64,000 bases of DNA from Halioglobus sp. (GCA_036961445.1 JBALVO010000001.1:2611-66610); one strand, 5' to 3'; positions 19,780 to 29,456 are shown, counted from the stretch's first letter. A program made the numbers and translations. The notes: generated by a model from the letters alone, not told the origin.

Positions 19780-21120
19780 ATGAAATTGTTTAATCCCTAT
19801 ACCTGGACACGCGCAGCACTACTGGTAGTGCCAGTGCTTGCCGTCCAGATTGCTATCTCCCAGTTGCAAAGTGATGTTGGTCTGGTGCCGCTGTCATCGG
19901 CCATTGCGGCGGAGAAGAAGGAAAAGGACACGCGGGCAACTCGCCGCACGCCGGCCCTTCGTAACAAGGTTTATGAAAAACTCGCTGAAGCGCAAGTAGC
20001 CGCGGAAGCCAAGGACTATAACACTGCAGCTAAAATTCTGGACAGCATGATTGGGTCCGGCGGTAAAAAAGCACTGAACAGCTACGAACTGGCAAATGTT
20101 TATAACCTCTATGCGTTTGTCTATTATTCGCGTGAAGATTATGCCGGCGCGCTCAAGGCCTATGAGCAAGTGGTGGCCCAGCCAGACATCCCGATTGCAA
20201 TGGAAGTCAATACCAAGTTCACCATTGCGCAGCTGTATTTTGTGCAGGAACAATGGCAGAAAGGCATCAATGCGTTGCTCGAGTGGTTCAAGGTTACTGA
20301 AAGCCCGAATGCAAATGCATACGTGCTGTTGTCTCAGGGCTACTACCAGGTCAAGGATTACGATAAGGCGTTATTTAACGTTGAGAAAGCCATCGGCATG
20401 TACAAGGAAAAGGATAAGTTGCCCAAGGAGCAATGGTACAATCTGGCCCGCTTCCTGTATTTTGAAAAAGATAATGTCGATAAAACGGTAGACGTTTTGG
20501 AAGAGCTGCTGACTTATTATCCCAAGAAACAGTACTGGGTACAGATATCCCACATGTATGGCGAGCAAAAGAAAGACGGTGAGCAGCTGGCCGCGATGGA
20601 AACCGCTTACGTGCAGGACATGCTGGATAAAGGTACTGAGCAGATAACCATGGCCTATCTTTATCTTAACGCCGATGTGCCTTACAAGGCGGCCAGGGTG
20701 ATGGATAAAGGCCTGAAGAACAAGTCAATTGAGGGTAAATCCAAAAACTGGGAAATTGCCGGCAACGGATGGCGCCAGGCCCAGGAGATCGATAAGGCAA
20801 TTCCCGCGATGGAAACTGCAGCCGAGTTGTCTGATAAAGGCGAACTGTATTCTCGCTTAGGCAACGTGTACCTTGACGGTGACCAGTTCAAAAAAGCCAT
20901 TTCCGCTATTAATAAAGGCCTGTCCCGAGGTGGTGTCAAGCGACCAGATACAGCCAGGCTGGTACTGGGTATGGCATATTTTAATGACAAGCAATATTCC
21001 AAGGCCAGGGAAGCTTTTAAAGCGGCTGGGCGTGACGAGCGCTCTGCAAAGTACGCGAGCCAGTGGATAAACTATATGGACTCCGAGTTGGCCAGGCAGA
21101 AGTCTTTGCAAGACGGCTAA
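19780..21120 (+). CDS. tetratricopeptide-repeat protein (TtpD-like, last gene of the TonB2-type cluster)
   Basis: 446 aa. Signal peptide and multiple TPR-like repeats (Y/A/L periodicity). Position after tonB. Confidence 0.7.
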   Translation: MKLFNPYTWTRAALLVVPVLAVQIAISQLQSDVGLVPLSSAIAAEKKEKDTRATRRTPALRNKVYEKLAEAQVAAEAKDYNTAAKILDSMIGSGGKKALNSYELANVYNLYAFVYYSREDYAGALKAYEQVVAQPDIPIAMEVNTKFTIAQLYFVQEQWQKGINALLEWFKVTESPNANAYVLLSQGYYQVKDYDKALFNVEKAIGMYKEKDKLPKEQWYNLARFLYFEKDNVDKTVDVLEELLTYYPKKQYWVQISHMYGEQKKDGEQLAAMETAYVQDMLDKGTEQITMAYLYLNADVPYKAARVMDKGLKNKSIEGKSKNWEIAGNGWRQAQEIDKAIPAMETAAELSDKGELYSRLGNVYLDGDQFKKAISAINKGLSRGGVKRPDTARLVLGMAYFNDKQYSKAREAFKAAGRDERSAKYASQWINYMDSELARQKSLQDG

Positions 21121-21152
21121 AAACGGACGCAGACCGGACGATTCCCGGATAT

Positions 21153-21184
21153 AAAAAAGGAGCTCATGTGAGCTCCTTTTTTTT
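21153..21184. terminator. bidirectional rho-independent terminator
   Basis: AAAAAAGGAGCTCA-tg-TGAGCTCCTTTTTTTT. A perfect 8-9 bp GC-containing stem flanked by an A-run and a T-run, between the convergent TPR gene and cspA. Confidence 0.85.
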
Positions 21185-21206
21185 GTTCCCCGTTAGCTGT
21201 TAAGCC

Positions 21207-21413
21207 TCAGACAGGGATGACATTCTCTGCCTGGGGGCCTTTTTGGCCATCCGTGACATCAAACTCGACCTTTTGGCCGTCGGAGAGGGTCTTAAAGCCA
21301 TCTCCTTTGATGGAGCTGAAATGGACAAAAACATCAGGGCCGTCTTCGCGCTCGATAAATCCGAAACCCTTGGTCTCGTTGAACCATTTTACAGTACCAG
21401 TTGTTGTAGACAT
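21207..21413 (-). CDS. cspA: cold-shock protein (CspA family)
   Basis: 68 aa. RNP1/RNP2 motifs KGFGFI and VFVHFS. Start at [12 protein letters not shown] (ATG at 21413). Confidence 0.93.
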   Translation of the reverse strand: MSTTTGTVKWFNETKGFGFIEREDGPDVFVHFSSIKGDGFKTLSDGQKVEFDVTDGQKGPQAENVIPV

Positions 21414-21673
21414 ATTTCGTACCTGTATAGCTAGTGACGCCATGTCGCGGCGTCTTTTTATTTAATAATCATTTATAGTCGTACCGGAGAACTTTATGGA
21501 ACTTCGAGCGCGAGCATAAATACCACTGAAACCAATCAGCTTGATAAAGTGTAGCACCATATTTGATAGTTTAAAGAGTCCGCTGACATCTATTTTGGGA
21601 ATAATACGCTCTCTGCGCACCACCAAATGAGTCTTCTTTGTACAGGCCGCCAGTCATCCACTTCCCCAGTCCA

Positions 21674-22636
21674 CTACAGGGGAGCATGCGCTGCGCCTAT
21701 CAATGCCGGGTAGGCGGCGGTTATTGCATACAATGGCACTGCATTCAGATGACTGGTCATGGCGCCTTTGTCCCTGAAGCGCTGTGCAAAGTTGCTGGCG
21801 TGCAGGAAGGGGATCATTTGTGGAACAATGCCACCGGCCAGGTACAGTCCTGAGTAGGCCCCGTTGGCGAGAACGAAATCGCCACAAACCGAGCCCAGCA
21901 GGGCGCAGAAAATGGTGAGCGACTGCGTGCACAGCTCGTCTTGCCCTTGCAGAGCTCTGCGCGATATCTCCTCGGGGGTCAGTTGCTCCGGTGCTGTACC
22001 GTGTACTGCGGCCAGTCCCTGGTATAGACGCAGCAAGCCCGGTCCCGATACCAGTAGCTCGGCATGGATCTCACCATGGTGTGGCAACAACACGCGAAAT
22101 AGTTCCAACTCTATGGCTGTCGCGGGCGCCAGGCCCATGTGCCCGGGTTCACAGGCGCAGGCCATGGCTCGGCCAGCGACTATCTCCAGCGTTGAACCGC
22201 CCAGGCCAGTGCCAGGACCTACGGTAGCGCGTTTGCCATTTTTCGGAGTTCGCCCGGCGTGCAGAACCACCAGGTCATCCTTGCCAAGGTGCGCAAGCGC
22301 GTAGGCGTTGCCCTGGAAATCGTTTATCGGCTTTAGTTGCGTGAAGCCAAAGCGTGCCGCCAGTTCACGGCAGGAAAAAGCCCAGTCCATATTGGCCATC
22401 GAGATCAAGTCATCGGCAGGCGGAGCTGCTACGGCGATACAGCAGGTGGTAGGAGCAGGCTCACACAGTGAACCTATCCAGGTGGCAACCACATCCTCAA
22501 AGCGCTGGTAGTCCCGGTTGATATAAGTGTGAACTGCGCGCAGTTCATCGGCGACCGGGTCGAACAGGGCAAGGCGCGAGTTGGTGCCACCAACGTCTGC
22601 GACCAAGCGTCTGGCGCGTGCGTCAATTGTCGGCAT
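21674..22636 (-). CDS. glk: glucokinase
   Basis: 320 aa. ADVGGTNSRLALFD ATP-binding N-terminus. Glk-family length. Confidence 0.88.
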   Translation of the reverse strand: MPTIDARARRLVADVGGTNSRLALFDPVADELRAVHTYINRDYQRFEDVVATWIGSLCEPAPTTCCIAVAAPPADDLISMANMDWAFSCRELAARFGFTQLKPINDFQGNAYALAHLGKDDLVVLHAGRTPKNGKRATVGPGTGLGGSTLEIVAGRAMACACEPGHMGLAPATAIELELFRVLLPHHGEIHAELLVSGPGLLRLYQGLAAVHGTAPEQLTPEEISRRALQGQDELCTQSLTIFCALLGSVCGDFVLANGAYSGLYLAGGIVPQMIPFLHASNFAQRFRDKGAMTSHLNAVPLYAITAAYPALIGAAHAPL

Positions 22637-22640
22637 GTGG

Positions 22641-24101
22641 CTAGTACACAGGCAATATTTTCATGATGTTAGTGGAACCGGCGGTACCCATCTGCGCACC
22701 TTTGGTCAGCAAGATGGAGTCGCCTTTTTGCAAATAACCGCCGTCCAGCAAAAACTCAATAGCCCTGGCTTCGACACTATCGGCGTCAAATGCAGTGGCG
22801 TCGAAAAAAAGTGGTATTACCCCGCGACACAGACACAGTTTCTGTAAGGTTGCGCTGCGATGACTCAGCGCGAAAATAGGCAGCCCTGAGCTGAGACGTG
22901 ACATAAGCAGCGGTGTGGTGCCCGACTCGGTCAGGCAGGCGATGCCACGCACATTGGGGTAATGATTTGCAGCATAGATCGCCGACATGGCAATGGCTTC
23001 CTGGGCATCTGCGAACTCGGTGTTGAGTCTATATCTGGAAGTCCTTGCTACCGCTTGGCGCTCAGCGCCAAGAGCAGCGTCTGCCATGGCGATAACCACT
23101 TCTACTGGAAAGCTGCCAACTGCGGTTTCTGCCGATAACATGACGGCATCGGTGCCGTCCAACACCGCGTTGGCAACGTCGAAAACCTCGGCCCGGGTAG
23201 GCATGGAACTGCTGATCATAGACTCCATCATCTGGGTCGCGGTGATAACAACCCGATCCATTTTGCGTGCTCGGGCAATCAGCTCCTTCTGGATGCCAAT
23301 CAATTGTGCATCACCGACCTCTACGCCCAGGTCGCCGCGGGCCACCATGATACCGGCGGATGCGCTAATTATGCTGTTGAGCGTGTCATCATCTGCTACC
23401 ACTTCGGCGCGCTCAATTTTTGCGATAATGGCAGGCTCCAGGTCGTGCTCTTTCAGTAGCCCCATGGTCTGGTGGATGTCGTCCGCGTTAGACACAAAAG
23501 AGACGGCTACAAAATCGGGTTTCACTTCCGCCAGGCTGTCAATGTCGGTGAGATCTTTGGTGGTCAGCGCTGGCGCTGCCAGGCCACCGCCCAGCCGATT
23601 GATGCCCTTGCGGGAGCTGAGCTTCCCTCCCACCAGCACGCTACAGTCAACGGTGGTGACACCGACATCATCTACTCGCAATCTTATGCGGCCGTCGTCC
23701 AGTAGCAGGATGTCACCGCGCACCACACTGCTGCATAGCTCTTTGTAGTCTATCCCCACAGCGCGAAGGTCGCCTTCGCCTTCACCCAGATTCATATCAA
23801 GCTGAAAACGATCACCGTTGGCTAATTCAATGACATCGTGGCGAAAGGTGCTGATACGAATCTTGGGTCCCTGCAAATCTGCCAGAATACCGACATAGCT
23901 CCCTATAATGCCGGCCTGTTTACGAATACGCTTCGCGATTTTGGCGTGGTGCGCTGCTGTGCCATGACTGAAATTCAGCCTGAATACGTTAACCCCGGCG
24001 GTGATTAACCTGGCTATCATATTATCTGACTCGCTGGCTGGGCCGATGGTGGCGACTATTTTGGTCCGTCTGTTTACTTTGGGTGTCACGATGATTCCCA
24101 T
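22641..24101 (-). CDS. pyk: pyruvate kinase
   Basis: 486 aa. KIVATIGPAS, NFSHG, MVARGDLGVE, ATQMMESM. Confidence 0.95.
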   Translation of the reverse strand: MGIIVTPKVNRRTKIVATIGPASESDNMIARLITAGVNVFRLNFSHGTAAHHAKIAKRIRKQAGIIGSYVGILADLQGPKIRISTFRHDVIELANGDRFQLDMNLGEGEGDLRAVGIDYKELCSSVVRGDILLLDDGRIRLRVDDVGVTTVDCSVLVGGKLSSRKGINRLGGGLAAPALTTKDLTDIDSLAEVKPDFVAVSFVSNADDIHQTMGLLKEHDLEPAIIAKIERAEVVADDDTLNSIISASAGIMVARGDLGVEVGDAQLIGIQKELIARARKMDRVVITATQMMESMISSSMPTRAEVFDVANAVLDGTDAVMLSAETAVGSFPVEVVIAMADAALGAERQAVARTSRYRLNTEFADAQEAIAMSAIYAANHYPNVRGIACLTESGTTPLLMSRLSSGLPIFALSHRSATLQKLCLCRGVIPLFFDATAFDADSVEARAIEFLLDGGYLQKGDSILLTKGAQMGTAGSTNIMKILPVY

Positions 24102-24130
24102 GATTGTTTAGGCTGCATTATGCCGTATTT

Positions 24131-25150
24131 TCATTTGTCGGTGGAGTTTGTTGCTGTCCTGTCTGGATTTGTTACAAGGGGCGAAGTCTGTTGCTGCAGG
24201 TAGTTATTGACGAGGTCAGGAAAATCAGTAAACAGCCCATCAACGCCAACTTGAGTAATAAATATTTCCAGCAGTTCGGTGAAACTGCCTATGCCCTCAG
24301 GTAGTTCGTCCTGGCGGAAAGTGTAAGGGTGAACCAGCAAGCCTGCAGCCTGTGCCTGCGCAACGAGTGTGCTCACTATGGCCCGCCCATCACTGTTATT
24401 GCCCAGGTATATCTGCTTTATCCAGGGGCCGATACCATGGGCGTAACTGGCAATATCAGCCAGCCCCTGTGGTGTCTGCAGGTAGTTATAATCTACCGTG
24501 CTGTCATCTCCCCAGTCATTCTCGCCGATCAGTTGTATCAGCGGCAGCGGGCTCTTGCGCTCGTGGCGCAGGTGGCGCAGGGTGTTGTCGTCAAAGCATT
24601 GCAGGTACACCTGTTGTGGCCGGTCGGCATAGCCTTTGTCTGCCAACACGTCGAGTATGGCTCCGGCCAGATCCAGGCCCGCCGCTTTATGCCGGTTGGG
24701 CGACTTCAATTCTATATAAAGACCAGTACTGCAACCGCGACTTTGATCCAGGCCCGTGATCAGATCAATTTCCTCAGCGAGGGTGGGGATGCGAAATAAC
24801 CCGGGCCCGAACGGGAACCTGTCAGGGAACACCGCGACTTCCCTGCCGGCTGCATCGCGTGTGCTGCGTTCGTGCACCCGCAACTGTCGAATCTCATCCA
24901 TGGTGAAGTCCATGGCGTAGAAGCGCCCGTCTGGCCTGGCTCGTTGGGGAAAATGCTGAGCCACGTCGGTAGTACTTTCAAGATGGATATCGTGCAGGAT
25001 GATTGGGACGCCGTCCCGGCTCAGAACGACGTCCTGCTCCAGGAAGTCGGCCCCCATGGCGTGAGCCAGAGCCTTGGCTGCCAGTGTATGTTCCGGCAGG
25101 TAGCCGCTGGCTCCGCGGTGAGCGATAACAATAGGTCTGGTTTTCGTCAT
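24131..25150 (-). CDS. glycerophosphodiester phosphodiesterase
   Basis: GDPD motifs (IAHRGASGYLPEHT, LEQDVVLSRDGVPIILHD). Start trimmed to the ATG at 25150 (MTKTRPIV...) because the longer ORF would run through the terminator at 25206..25240. No signal peptide seen. Confidence 0.85.
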   Translation of the reverse strand: MTKTRPIVIAHRGASGYLPEHTLAAKALAHAMGADFLEQDVVLSRDGVPIILHDIHLESTTDVAQHFPQRARPDGRFYAMDFTMDEIRQLRVHERSTRDAAGREVAVFPDRFPFGPGLFRIPTLAEEIDLITGLDQSRGCSTGLYIELKSPNRHKAAGLDLAGAILDVLADKGYADRPQQVYLQCFDDNTLRHLRHERKSPLPLIQLIGENDWGDDSTVDYNYLQTPQGLADIASYAHGIGPWIKQIYLGNNSDGRAIVSTLVAQAQAAGLLVHPYTFRQDELPEGIGSFTELLEIFITQVGVDGLFTDFPDLVNNYLQQQTSPLVTNPDRTATNSTDK

Positions 25151-25205
25151 GATAAATACAGAATCCTGTATGCGCTTGGCAGCCTCCAAAATCTGGTTCC
25201 GGCAT

Positions 25206-25240
25206 AAAAAAAGGCGGGGTATTTGCACCCCCGCCCTTTT
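25206..25240 (-). terminator. rho-independent terminator
   Basis: GGCGGGG-tatttgca-CCCCGCC. On the minus strand the stem is followed by TTTTTTT. It lies downstream of the substrate-binding-protein gene. Confidence 0.8.
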
Positions 25241-25266
25241 GTTATTGCATTGGTATGACCGGTCCG

Positions 25267-26076
25267 TTAAGGCAGGGCAGCTACCCAGGAATTGTCTTCA
25301 AACCACTTCTTGCGCAGCTTGGTGAGGACGCCTGTTTTTTCATAGGCTCTAAGGTAGTTGTCTACCAGGTTAAAAAACTGCGGATCGTTCTTGCTTACCG
25401 CGATACCGATGGGCTCAACGGTGAGCGGCCGGTCAAGGGTGGTTAGACCAGCATCCGGGAAACGCATGACAGACAGTACACACATGGGCATGTCGGCAAC
25501 CATGGCGTCAGCCTTGCCTTCCATAAGCATGGCAACACCCTCGTCGTAGCTGGTGATTTCGATCAGGGATGCTTCCGGCGCGGCGGCACGCACGAAGCTG
25601 GCGCTGGTGGAATTGCTCAGAGCCATCAGTTTCAGGTCCTTGCGATTAAATTCCTCGCTGGAGGAAATTTTGCTCAGCACATCGTTCTTGGTGAGGATGG
25701 ACTTACCTGACATCATGTAAGGACCGACAAAAGACACCAATTGCGTTCGCGCGGGAGTAATCGACATGCTCGATAGCACCATGTCGATCTTGTTTTCTTC
25801 CAATGCGGTCATCAGCTGACCAAAAGGCATTACCTTGATGTCCAGTTCGACCTTCATGGCGGCAGCCAGGGCTTTGGCCAGATCCACGTCAAAGCCCATC
25901 AGTCCGCCTTCGCGGTTGGTCATATTCATAGGAGGTTGATTGGCGGACATGCCGACCGTCAGTACTTTGAAGTCCTCTACCCGGTTCAGTGTATCCCCGG
26001 CCATTGAGTTGATGGGGAGTGCGGCTGCCAGTGTCAGCAGGCCTCCCAGCGCCAGGCGTTTCAGTGCATTAATCAT
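25267..26076 (-). CDS. family-3 solute-binding protein (amino-acid ABC transporter substrate-binding domain), orphan
   Basis: Signal peptide MINALKRLALGGLLTLAAA. SBP_bac_3-like body. Start at the ATG at 26076, preceded by AAGGAG. No permease or ATPase gene is adjacent. Confidence 0.75.
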   Translation of the reverse strand: MINALKRLALGGLLTLAAALPINSMAGDTLNRVEDFKVLTVGMSANQPPMNMTNREGGLMGFDVDLAKALAAAMKVELDIKVMPFGQLMTALEENKIDMVLSSMSITPARTQLVSFVGPYMMSGKSILTKNDVLSKISSSEEFNRKDLKLMALSNSTSASFVRAAAPEASLIEITSYDEGVAMLMEGKADAMVADMPMCVLSVMRFPDAGLTTLDRPLTVEPIGIAVSKNDPQFFNLVDNYLRAYEKTGVLTKLRKKWFEDNSWVAALP

Positions 26077-26253
26077 GGTGTAAGTCTCCTTTAGTTTTCG
26101 AATATTGTCACGGCTGCAGTATTTCGCAATACCAACGGACGATTTGAGCCGCGGCTTAAAATTACTTTTGGGGTGCAAGTGTAAGTCTGATCGGTAAATA
26201 AGCCAAAACCTTTTATGATGGATATAGCTTAAGTTTTACTTTTGGAGTGAAAA

Positions 26254-26958
26254 ATGATTCATGCATTTGATCGAATAGTAATAAACGTACCAGATTTGGC
26301 GCTTGCGGCAGCGCAATACCAGCAATTGCTTGCTGTCGTGCCTTTTCCTTGTCTTACCCACCGCGGGTTAAATGCGGTCTGGCTGGGTCTGTCCAACACG
26401 GTGATAGAGCTGGTGGAGAGCGAGGTACAATCCCCGGTAATCGCTGGTATCGCTTTTAGTGACAAACCGATGGCTGGCGGCGATAGAACAGTGTCTAACC
26501 CGCTGCAGCTGCATATATCCTTGAGTGACGGCAGTGGTACAGACGAATACCGGCGACAACTGGCCCTACAGTTACCATCACCCCATGGAATGTCAGTGGA
26601 TCACCTGGTGTTGCGGACCGGAGATGCCCAGGCCTGTATCGATTTATTTGCCGAGGAACTGGGCCTGCGACTGGCATTGGACAAAACTGTGCCTGAATGG
26701 GGCGGTCGTATGTTGTTCTTTCGTACCGGTAAGCTCACCCTGGAAGTTATCGCAGCGGATCCAGAGCAGCACCATAGTGATTATTTCTGGGGTATCGCGT
26801 ACCAGTGCGCCGACTTGCTGCGACTATCGCGAGATCTGGAGGAGCGTGGCGTGGCGTTGTCGGAAATACGCGACGGCAGGAAACCAGGTACCCGGGTAGC
26901 GACACTAAAGAGCCATTGCCTGGGCATCCCGACCCTGCTGGTGCAGCCAGCTACATAA
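26254..26958 (+). CDS. VOC (glyoxalase/bleomycin-resistance/dioxygenase) family protein, two-domain
   Basis: 234 aa. Repeated beta-alpha-beta-beta-beta-type modules (FDRIVINVPDL..., VDHLVLRTGD...). Confidence 0.55.
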   Translation: MIHAFDRIVINVPDLALAAAQYQQLLAVVPFPCLTHRGLNAVWLGLSNTVIELVESEVQSPVIAGIAFSDKPMAGGDRTVSNPLQLHISLSDGSGTDEYRRQLALQLPSPHGMSVDHLVLRTGDAQACIDLFAEELGLRLALDKTVPEWGGRMLFFRTGKLTLEVIAADPEQHHSDYFWGIAYQCADLLRLSRDLEERGVALSEIRDGRKPGTRVATLKSHCLGIPTLLVQPAT

Positions 26959-27226
26959 CGCAATGCTTGGCATAGGTCTTGGTTTCGTTGGCGCTCCATT
27001 CACCTTTGGGCTTGCCGGATAAATCCTCACACCAATCTTCAGAGCCCACGGCACTGCCATCAATCAGGCAGTTTTTGGCATAGGTTCCTGCGTCAGAGGC
27101 GCTCCACTCGGACTTGGGTTGCTCCTTCTTGACTGCGCACCATTTTTCACTGCCGGGTTCATTGCTGCAGGCAGCGAATAGTAAAATACTACCCAGTAAA
27201 AGCATGCGTTTCATAATTTTTTCCAT
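26951..27226 (-). CDS. small lipoprotein (DUF3012-like, internally duplicated WC...KP..EWSA motif)
   Basis: Lipobox LLFAAC. Two copies of the W-C-x5-8-KPK-x-EWSA-x5-YAK-x-C pattern. The start may be the ATG at 27214. Confidence 0.6.
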   Translation of the reverse strand: MEKIMKRMLLLGSILLFAACSNEPGSEKWCAVKKEQPKSEWSASDAGTYAKNCLIDGSAVGSEDWCEDLSGKPKGEWSANETKTYAKHCVM

Positions 27227-27307
27227 GTGGTTAATTAGGGCGAACAGAGCAAGTATTGCACCACATTGGCACGCTAGCCAGCCACGAAATGAACACCGCC
27301 AGCAATT

Positions 27308-27760
27308 TCAGTCGCCAGTGTTAAGGGTGATGTTATAGATGCCAGCTTCACGCGCGGAGTCCACTACGCGGGCCAGCGGTCTAACGGTGGATTTGTTATT
27401 GGCTTTGATGACAACCGCTGCTTTGGGGTTCTCGGCGCGCAGGCGGCTGATGTTGGCGCGTACTGAGCGGGTATCTACACGCCGTCCCTTGATCCAGATT
27501 TCGTCGTTGGCGGCGATCTGGACAATAATGTGTTCCGAGGGAGCATCGGATTGGGCGCGGCTGGTTGGTTTGCGCTCAACCTCTATAGCGTCTTCACGTA
27601 CAAACGAACCGGCCACGATAAAGAATATCAGCAGGATCATGACCACATCGAGCATAGGAGTGAGATCTATGGCCAGCTCTTCTCCGCCTTTGGATACGCG
27701 TACCCGCTTGCGGTGGACACCCCGTTCATCGGGTCCAGTGTGATCGAACCACATTTCCAT
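27308..27760 (-). CDS. ExbD/TolR family biopolymer transporter (orphan paralog)
   Basis: 150 aa. IDLTPMLDVVMILLIFFIV plus a periplasmic domain. By eye it is more than half identical to the ExbD at 18743..19150. Confidence 0.85.
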   Translation of the reverse strand: MEMWFDHTGPDERGVHRKRVRVSKGGEELAIDLTPMLDVVMILLIFFIVAGSFVREDAIEVERKPTSRAQSDAPSEHIIVQIAANDEIWIKGRRVDTRSVRANISRLRAENPKAAVVIKANNKSTVRPLARVVDSAREAGIYNITLNTGD

Positions 27761-27947
27761 AGATTGACCCCCGCTCTACAGGTCAATGTTTCTGGCCTGA
27801 GGGATGTTTGATCATAATAGAAAAGCAGATCATAGAACGGTCAATCGGGAAGACAACGGCTTATCGTCTATTTGTTGATTGTCATCAATTTATCAATGCT
27901 ATTGACGGCACTTTTTAGCAGAACTGGAAATTACAGAGGGTTGCACA

Positions 27948-27972
27948 CAAAAAAGGGGCCTTGCGGCCCCTT
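27948..27972 (-). terminator. rho-independent terminator
   Basis: GGGGCC-ttgc-GGCCCC with TTTTTT following on the minus strand. Immediately downstream of the aldehyde dehydrogenase stop. Confidence 0.85.
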
Positions 27973-27995
27973 ATGATGCAGACAGAACAGACGCG

Positions 27996-29456
27996 CTATT
28001 TTTTGACTTGCATTTTGATAGTGCTTTCGGTCGCCTTCCCGTAGGGCGGTAGCATGCCGCCAAGTTTGGCGATGTTGATATTTGCCTGACGATAAACAGA
28101 CTTTGCGTGGCTGAAGGTTTGGAAGCCTTTGAAGCCGTGATATGCGCCCATACCGCTGGGGCCTACACCACCAAAAGGCAGTTCCTCTTGCATCACATGC
28201 ATGATTACATCGTTAATGCAGACACCACCGGAAGTAGTGCGGCTGACAAACGCGTTTTCTTCCTGCTTGTTCTCACCAAAATAATACGCCGCCAGAGGGC
28301 GGGGTTGGGCGTTGACATAATCGATGGTTTCGTCGAACTCTCGATAGGTGCGAATGGGTAGCAGTGGACCGAACAGCTCTTCTTCCATTACTTTAAGGTC
28401 ATCAGCGGGTTCAGGTATCAGCGTGGGGGGGATTTTCAAGGTACCGCGCTGCTGCTCAAAGTCTTCGCCAGCGGGATTAATGGCGATGACTTTATGGCCG
28501 CGTTCCTGGGCCTCAGCAAGGTATCCGGTCAGGCGCTGGTAATGACGCTCGTTAATCATTGATGTGTATTGCGGGTTGTCCAGTAGCGTTGGGTACATCT
28601 GGGCAACTGCTTTTTGCGCAGCTGCTATCACTTCATGTAATTTCTCTTCTGGTACCAGCAGGTAGTCTGGTGCCAGGCAGATCTGGCCCGCATTGAGGGT
28701 CTTGCCCATCATGATGCGCCCCAGGCTTTTCTCGATGTCAGCGCTGCGGGAAATAACCACGGGTGACTTGCCGCCCAGCTCCAGGGTCACTGGAACCAGG
28801 TTGCGCGCTGCTGCTGCCATGATGTGGCGCGCGATCGAGGTCGCCCCGGTGAAAATCATATGGTCAAAGGCCAGTCCGGAAAACGCTTGTCCCACTTCCG
28901 GCCCACCGTCGAATATGCTTACTTCTTTAGGGTCATAAACTTCTGTAATCATTTCTGCCATAAGCTGGGATGTGGCCGGCGTAAATTCGGAAGGTTTTAT
29001 CATGGCGCGGTTACCCGCTGCGAGTACGCCCGCCAGCGGGCTGAATACCATGTTCACCGGGAAGTTCCACGGGGCTATGATTCCTACCACGCCCAAGGGC
29101 TGGTATTCGATACGCGAGCGTCCGCCAAACAGATTTAATGGGAACATAGTGGGGCGTTTTTCCGTTTTCATCCATTTGCGCAAATGCTTCTGGGCGTGCT
29201 TCATTGGCGCTATGCCCGCTCCAATATCCGTCAGCAGGGAGACTTCCCGGGGGCGACAAGTAAAATCCGCATTCAGCGCTTCAACCAGTTTATCCTGGTA
29301 CTTGATTAGCCCGTCGATACCACGGGCGAGACGATCGATACGTACTTCGGCAGTAACGACACCTTCTTTGAGGTAGTCTTCGCGTTGTAATTCGAGGGCG
29401 GTTTGCATTTGCGTTTCGATATCACCGTCTACCGGGATTGATTGGGGAGCATTCAT
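27996..29456 (-). CDS. NAD(P)-dependent aldehyde dehydrogenase (coniferyl-aldehyde-dehydrogenase-like, ALDH3-type)
   Basis: ALDH motifs (ELGGKSP, catalytic NAGQICLAPDY, EELFGPLLP). Start trimmed to the ATG at 29456 (MNAPQS...). Confidence 0.85.
   Translation of the reverse strand: MNAPQSIPVDGDIETQMQTALELQREDYLKEGVVTAEVRIDRLARGIDGLIKYQDKLVEALNADFTCRPREVSLLTDIGAGIAPMKHAQKHLRKWMKTEKRPTMFPLNLFGGRSRIEYQPLGVVGIIAPWNFPVNMVFSPLAGVLAAGNRAMIKPSEFTPATSQLMAEMITEVYDPKEVSIFDGGPEVGQAFSGLAFDHMIFTGATSIARHIMAAAARNLVPVTLELGGKSPVVISRSADIEKSLGRIMMGKTLNAGQICLAPDYLLVPEEKLHEVIAAAQKAVAQMYPTLLDNPQYTSMINERHYQRLTGYLAEAQERGHKVIAINPAGEDFEQQRGTLKIPPTLIPEPADDLKVMEEELFGPLLPIRTYREFDETIDYVNAQPRPLAAYYFGENKQEENAFVSRTTSGGVCINDVIMHVMQEELPFGGVGPSGMGAYHGFKGFQTFSHAKSVYRQANINIAKLGGMLPPYGKATESTIKMQVKK

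Noticed and set aside
22987-23748. 253-aa plus-strand ORF antisense to pyruvate kinase.
   Set aside because: Ser/Ala/Thr-rich low complexity. The pyk motifs are on the minus strand.
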